Source: Spirochaetota bacterium
GTDB taxonomy: Bacteria > Spirochaetota > Brevinematia > DTOW01
Length of the DNA: 64,000 nucleotides
Reading direction: 5' to 3'
NCBI GenBank assembly: GCA_025061835.1
Contig: JANXAC010000006.1
Coordinates: 33,181-97,180 of the forward strand
Part shown: positions 60,724 through 64,000 of the stretch, one piece after another
Numbering within the stretch: the stretch's first letter is position 1
Layout of the letters: every line of letters begins with the position of its first letter
Program-made: the position numbers and the translations under genes
Notes under the pieces: model-generated
The model's database searches: none
Seen by the model: only the letters and a program-made list of their open reading frames with translations
Told to the model about the DNA's origin: nothing

Positions 60724-61071
60724 ATGTGGGCAAAGATAAAGGACATTCCTGTATTCGGAGTAGGTTTGGGCTCATACTCTAGATGTTATCATTATAATTC
60801 TGAAAGAGATATAGTAGCTATAAAGTTTAAGTGTTGTGGTAAGTATTACGCTTGCTATAAGTGTCATAATGAATTGGAGGATCATAAAATAATACCTTGG
60901 GACGAAAGTGAATTTTCTACAAAAGCAGTTTTGTGTGGTATATGTGGTTTTGAGATGAGTATATATGAATATTTAAAATCTAGGTCCAAGTGTCCTTCGT
61001 GCAGTTCTGATTTCAATCAAAACTGTAAGAAACATTACAGTATCTATTTTGGGTTAGAGGATTATACTTAA
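60724..61071 (+). CDS. CHY zinc-finger domain protein
   Basis: RCYHYNSERDIVAIKFKCCGKYYACYKCHNELEDH ... CGICG ... CPSC, the Cys/His pattern of zf-CHY. 50 bp upstream of flgE on the same strand. Confidence 0.65.
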   Translation: MWAKIKDIPVFGVGLGSYSRCYHYNSERDIVAIKFKCCGKYYACYKCHNELEDHKIIPWDESEFSTKAVLCGICGFEMSIYEYLKSRSKCPSCSSDFNQNCKKHYSIYFGLEDYT

Positions 61072-61120
61072 GAAGTTAATACTCTTTCCGAAAGTATTAT
61101 GTGTAGCGAGGATACGAACT

Positions 61121-62476
61121 ATGATGAGGTCGCTTTATTCTGGTGTATCAGGCTTGATTAACCATCAGGTTAGGATGGATGTTCTTGGTAATAACATTTC
61201 TAATGTGAATACTTATGGTTTTAAGAGGGAGAGAGTAACTTTTCAGGACATCATTTCACAACTTATGGAAGCGGCAGCCAAGCCTACTGATGAAAGGGGG
61301 GGTATAAATTCAAAGCAAATAGGACTTGGTATGACTGTTGCCAGCATTGATAAGATTATGACACAGGGTAGTATTCAGACTACTGGTATAAACACTGACC
61401 TAGCAATTGCTGGTGAAGGGTTCTTCGTTTTAAAGAAGGGGGAACAGCTTTTCTACTCAAGAGCTGGTAATTTTTACATAGACAAGGATGGAACACTTGT
61501 CAATTCAAGCGGTTTCAAAGTTCAAGGCTGGAGAGCACAAAAACTTGAGACAGGAGAGATAATTATAAACCCATCAGGTCAGATTGAAGACCTTGTGATA
61601 CCCAGGGGAGCGAAGAGCCCCGCAGCAGCAACTACGATAGTAAAGTATAGATCTAACCTTGAGAGTAGAACACCAATTATAACTCCAGAGTCAAGTCTCC
61701 TTGACAGGGAGAAATACACTCATAAAACAAGTGTTGATGTTTTTGACTCATACGGCAATAGATATAGAATGTTTATAGACTTCATAAGAACTGACTTAAA
61801 TACATGGGTTGCTACGGTGAATGTGGAAGGTGCCAGTGGTGTAACAGTTAGCGTCGGCGAAGATAAAGCTGATAACAACAATCAATTTACTATTGTGTTT
61901 GACAACAAGGGAACTCTGGCAAGTGTTTCTGATAATAGCGTCAACCCTACAGTTATGAACACAGGAACATTAATGGCTAATGTCGGATTTACGTTACCAG
62001 ATGGGACAAGACAAACAATTAAGGTAGAACTTGGTGTTGTTGGAAGCATTGAAAACAGTATAACTCAATTTTCATCTCCATCAACCGCATCTGTATATGA
62101 TCAAGATGGACACGCTATGGGATACCTTGAGAGTTTCAAAATTGATAGTTCTGGAACGATAATAGGCGTCTTTACGAATGGACTTCAAGAACCCTTGGGA
62201 CAGATAGCACTAGGTGGTTTTACAAATCCTCAAGGTTTGGAGAAAGTAGGAGAGAATCTATATATTGAGACGATGAACTCAGGACTTGCAGACATAGGTC
62301 CTGCTGAACTTAAGGGTAAGGGGAAGATATACTCTGGAGCACTTGAAATGTCAAATGTTGACCTTTCAGATGCTTTCGTTGATATGATTGTAACACAGAG
62401 AGGTTTTCAAGCAAACTCAAGAACAATAACAACAACAGACCAGATGCTACAAGAAGTTCTTAACCTAAAGAGATAA
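61121..62476 (+). CDS. flgE: flagellar hook protein FlgE
   Basis: N-terminus MRSLYSGVSGLINHQVRMDVLGNNISNVNTYGFK. C-terminus DMIVTQRGFQANSRTITTTDQMLQEVLNLKR. 451 aa. Confidence 0.85.
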   Translation: MMRSLYSGVSGLINHQVRMDVLGNNISNVNTYGFKRERVTFQDIISQLMEAAAKPTDERGGINSKQIGLGMTVASIDKIMTQGSIQTTGINTDLAIAGEGFFVLKKGEQLFYSRAGNFYIDKDGTLVNSSGFKVQGWRAQKLETGEIIINPSGQIEDLVIPRGAKSPAAATTIVKYRSNLESRTPIITPESSLLDREKYTHKTSVDVFDSYGNRYRMFIDFIRTDLNTWVATVNVEGASGVTVSVGEDKADNNNQFTIVFDNKGTLASVSDNSVNPTVMNTGTLMANVGFTLPDGTRQTIKVELGVVGSIENSITQFSSPSTASVYDQDGHAMGYLESFKIDSSGTIIGVFTNGLQEPLGQIALGGFTNPQGLEKVGENLYIETMNSGLADIGPAELKGKGKIYSGALEMSNVDLSDAFVDMIVTQRGFQANSRTITTTDQMLQEVLNLKR

Positions 62477-62531
62477 TTAGGTATCGCACCACCTATTTTT
62501 GAGGGAGCTCTTAATGAGCTTCCTCTTATCA

Positions 62532-63731
62532 TTACATAAGTAGTATCTTAAGCCTATCAATTTCATCAACTTCTGTTATCACTTTTACTATATATCGGTG
62601 AGGGTCTAACTGTAAGTTTACCTTCATTTTTCCAACGACTTTACCCAATGAGTTTTCCACTATTACGATAGTAGGTTTTATGCTATACTCTGAATCTTTC
62701 TGAATTATTACTCCTTTCTCACCAGTGTTTAGAAGGACAAAAGACCCTATAGCATATGGTGAAGGCAATCCATATAGTTTTGACATTTCTATTACAAATC
62801 TTTGAGTCAGCATAGGCTCAAAGTGCGATCCTGAACGCCTCATTATAATATCAAGTGCTTGTGCTATACTTATACCAGGTTTGTATGGTCTTTCCGATGT
62901 GAGTGCGTCAAAGACATCTGCAAGACTTACAATCTGTGGATACCTACCAATTCTATCAAACTTTATACCTAGTGGATACCCATTGCCATCGTATCTCTCA
63001 TGGTGGAAAAGGACGATCTTTTTAGCGTAAGTGCTTACAGTAGGTTCATCTTTTATAGCAAAATAACCTATTATTGGATGCTTCTTCATTATCGTTAACT
63101 CTTCCTCAGTAAGCTCTCCAGGTTTGTAGAGTATGGTTGTAGGTATCTTCACTTTTCCTATATCATGTAGTATAGCACCCATACCTATCTCTTTTATCAC
63201 AAAATCGCTAGCACCGAGAAACTTTGCAAAGAACATTGATAGGATAGTCACATTTATTGAATGAGTATAGGTGTATTCATCATAGTTTTTAACTACAGAC
63301 AGATTTATTACTGCCTTACCAAGTTTGTGTATCATTTCCTTAAAAAGCTGTTCTATGATATCTTTAACCTCTTGGATCTCTATCTTTTTGTCATCTCTAA
63401 GTTGACGTATAACATTGTTTATAACCTCTTTAGCATTCTCCTTTACCTCATCAGAAAACATTGGTGGATAAATTTCAGAGAGATCCTTTTTAACTTCTTT
63501 AGTGTAGTATAGTTCCTTGATCCCAAGACTCTTTAGTTGGTTTATAAAATCTTGAGTTAGTGGCTTTTTGGCAGACCATAGAAAAACACCTTCTTTTGAA
63601 AATAAGTCACCAGACAATACCATTCCAGGTCTTAAGAAGTCAACAACTATGTCGTGTTTTAACTTACCATCATCCATAAACTCATTAATTAAATTATAGT
63701 AATACCTATGTCGTATTTCAATATTTATCAA
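62532..63731 (-). CDS. HD-GYP domain cyclic-di-GMP phosphodiesterase
   Basis: HSINV...HDIGK...HHERYDGNGYP motifs. Annotated start is TTG; the first in-frame ATG is 18 codons later. Confidence 0.8.
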   Translation of the reverse strand: MINIEIRHRYYYNLINEFMDDGKLKHDIVVDFLRPGMVLSGDLFSKEGVFLWSAKKPLTQDFINQLKSLGIKELYYTKEVKKDLSEIYPPMFSDEVKENAKEVINNVIRQLRDDKKIEIQEVKDIIEQLFKEMIHKLGKAVINLSVVKNYDEYTYTHSINVTILSMFFAKFLGASDFVIKEIGMGAILHDIGKVKIPTTILYKPGELTEEELTIMKKHPIIGYFAIKDEPTVSTYAKKIVLFHHERYDGNGYPLGIKFDRIGRYPQIVSLADVFDALTSERPYKPGISIAQALDIIMRRSGSHFEPMLTQRFVIEMSKLYGLPSPYAIGSFVLLNTGEKGVIIQKDSEYSIKPTIVIVENSLGKVVGKMKVNLQLDPHRYIVKVITEVDEIDRLKILLM

Positions 63732-63737
63732 ACTCTC

Positions 63738-63789
63738 TCAATAAAGTCTAAAATTTTTTGAGAGATGATTCATAAAATAGCTTAAGGTT
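63738..63789. repeat. conserved 52-bp intergenic element, copy B
   Basis: tcaataaagtctaaaattttttgagagatgattcataaaatagcttaaggtt, 2 mismatches to copy A. Begins 7 nt from the HD-GYP TTG start. Confidence 0.7.
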
Positions 63790-63846
63790 GAGGAAGATAA
63801 TAGAAGATCAGAAGAGAATATACTCAAAAGAATTGACCCTCATAAG

Positions 63847-64000
63847 ATGAAAAACCTACTCACACTATCCTCAAAGGCGATACTCTCCTTCTTAAGTTCC
63901 TTTGGTATAACTCCTCAAAGAGGCAGGATAGACGGAACTGTGATGGGTAAGATGTATATAACATGCTGTTCTACTAACCTTGGCGGGTATGAGATAATCC
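63847..64000 (+). CDS. partial ORF with signal-peptide-like N-terminus, runs off window end
   Basis: ATG at 63847, then MKNLLTLSSKAILSFLSSFGITPQRGRIDGTVMGKMYITCCSTNLGGYEII... in an open frame. Weak SD. Not in the supplied ORF track because it is truncated. Confidence 0.3.
   Translation, partial: MKNLLTLSSKAILSFLSSFGITPQRGRIDGTVMGKMYITCCSTNLGGYEII

Overview
Gene-dense chromosomal segment of a low-GC bacterium (roughly one-third G+C by eye, strongly AT-biased codon usage) carrying about 60 protein genes and one tRNA. The content is overwhelmingly housekeeping. Readily recognised genes include the tail of a V/A-type ATPase operon (F and E subunits), a class A PBP, clpX, thyX, a secreted GH13 amylase, dapA, rplI, an archaeal-type PEP carboxylase, folP, pntAB, a sigma-54-dependent response regulator, a stand-alone uL4 gene with speE, frr-uppS-coaE-rnhB, pstS, purS-ileS, thiSG, cydAB, two sugar-type ABC permeases, metY, def, trpC and an HD-GYP phosphodiesterase. 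Several secreted proteins end in a beta-barrel with an aromatic last residue, so the organism is diderm. It is also flagellated, but flgE, flgB, fliQ and a fliJ-like gene sit as singletons in unrelated contexts rather than in flagellar operons. No transposase, integrase, CRISPR array or obvious intact defence island was seen. The most notable non-genic signals are a 52-bp intergenic element present twice (about 50/52 identical, 29190-29242 and 63738-63789) with extended 5'-leader similarity, a decayed DNA-methyltransferase fragment between rnhB and pstS, an array of TTTACA (PhoP-type) direct repeats upstream of pstS, and a structured frr leader containing a start-stop mini-ORF. Candidate uncharacterised modules are a TPR-Mrr-nuclease fusion, a TPR-Maf(DUF115)-FapA(DUF342) operon, a lipoprotein plus beta-barrel pair, and an orphan 497-aa coiled-coil protein. 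All functional calls rest on motif recognition by eye, since no searches could be run.
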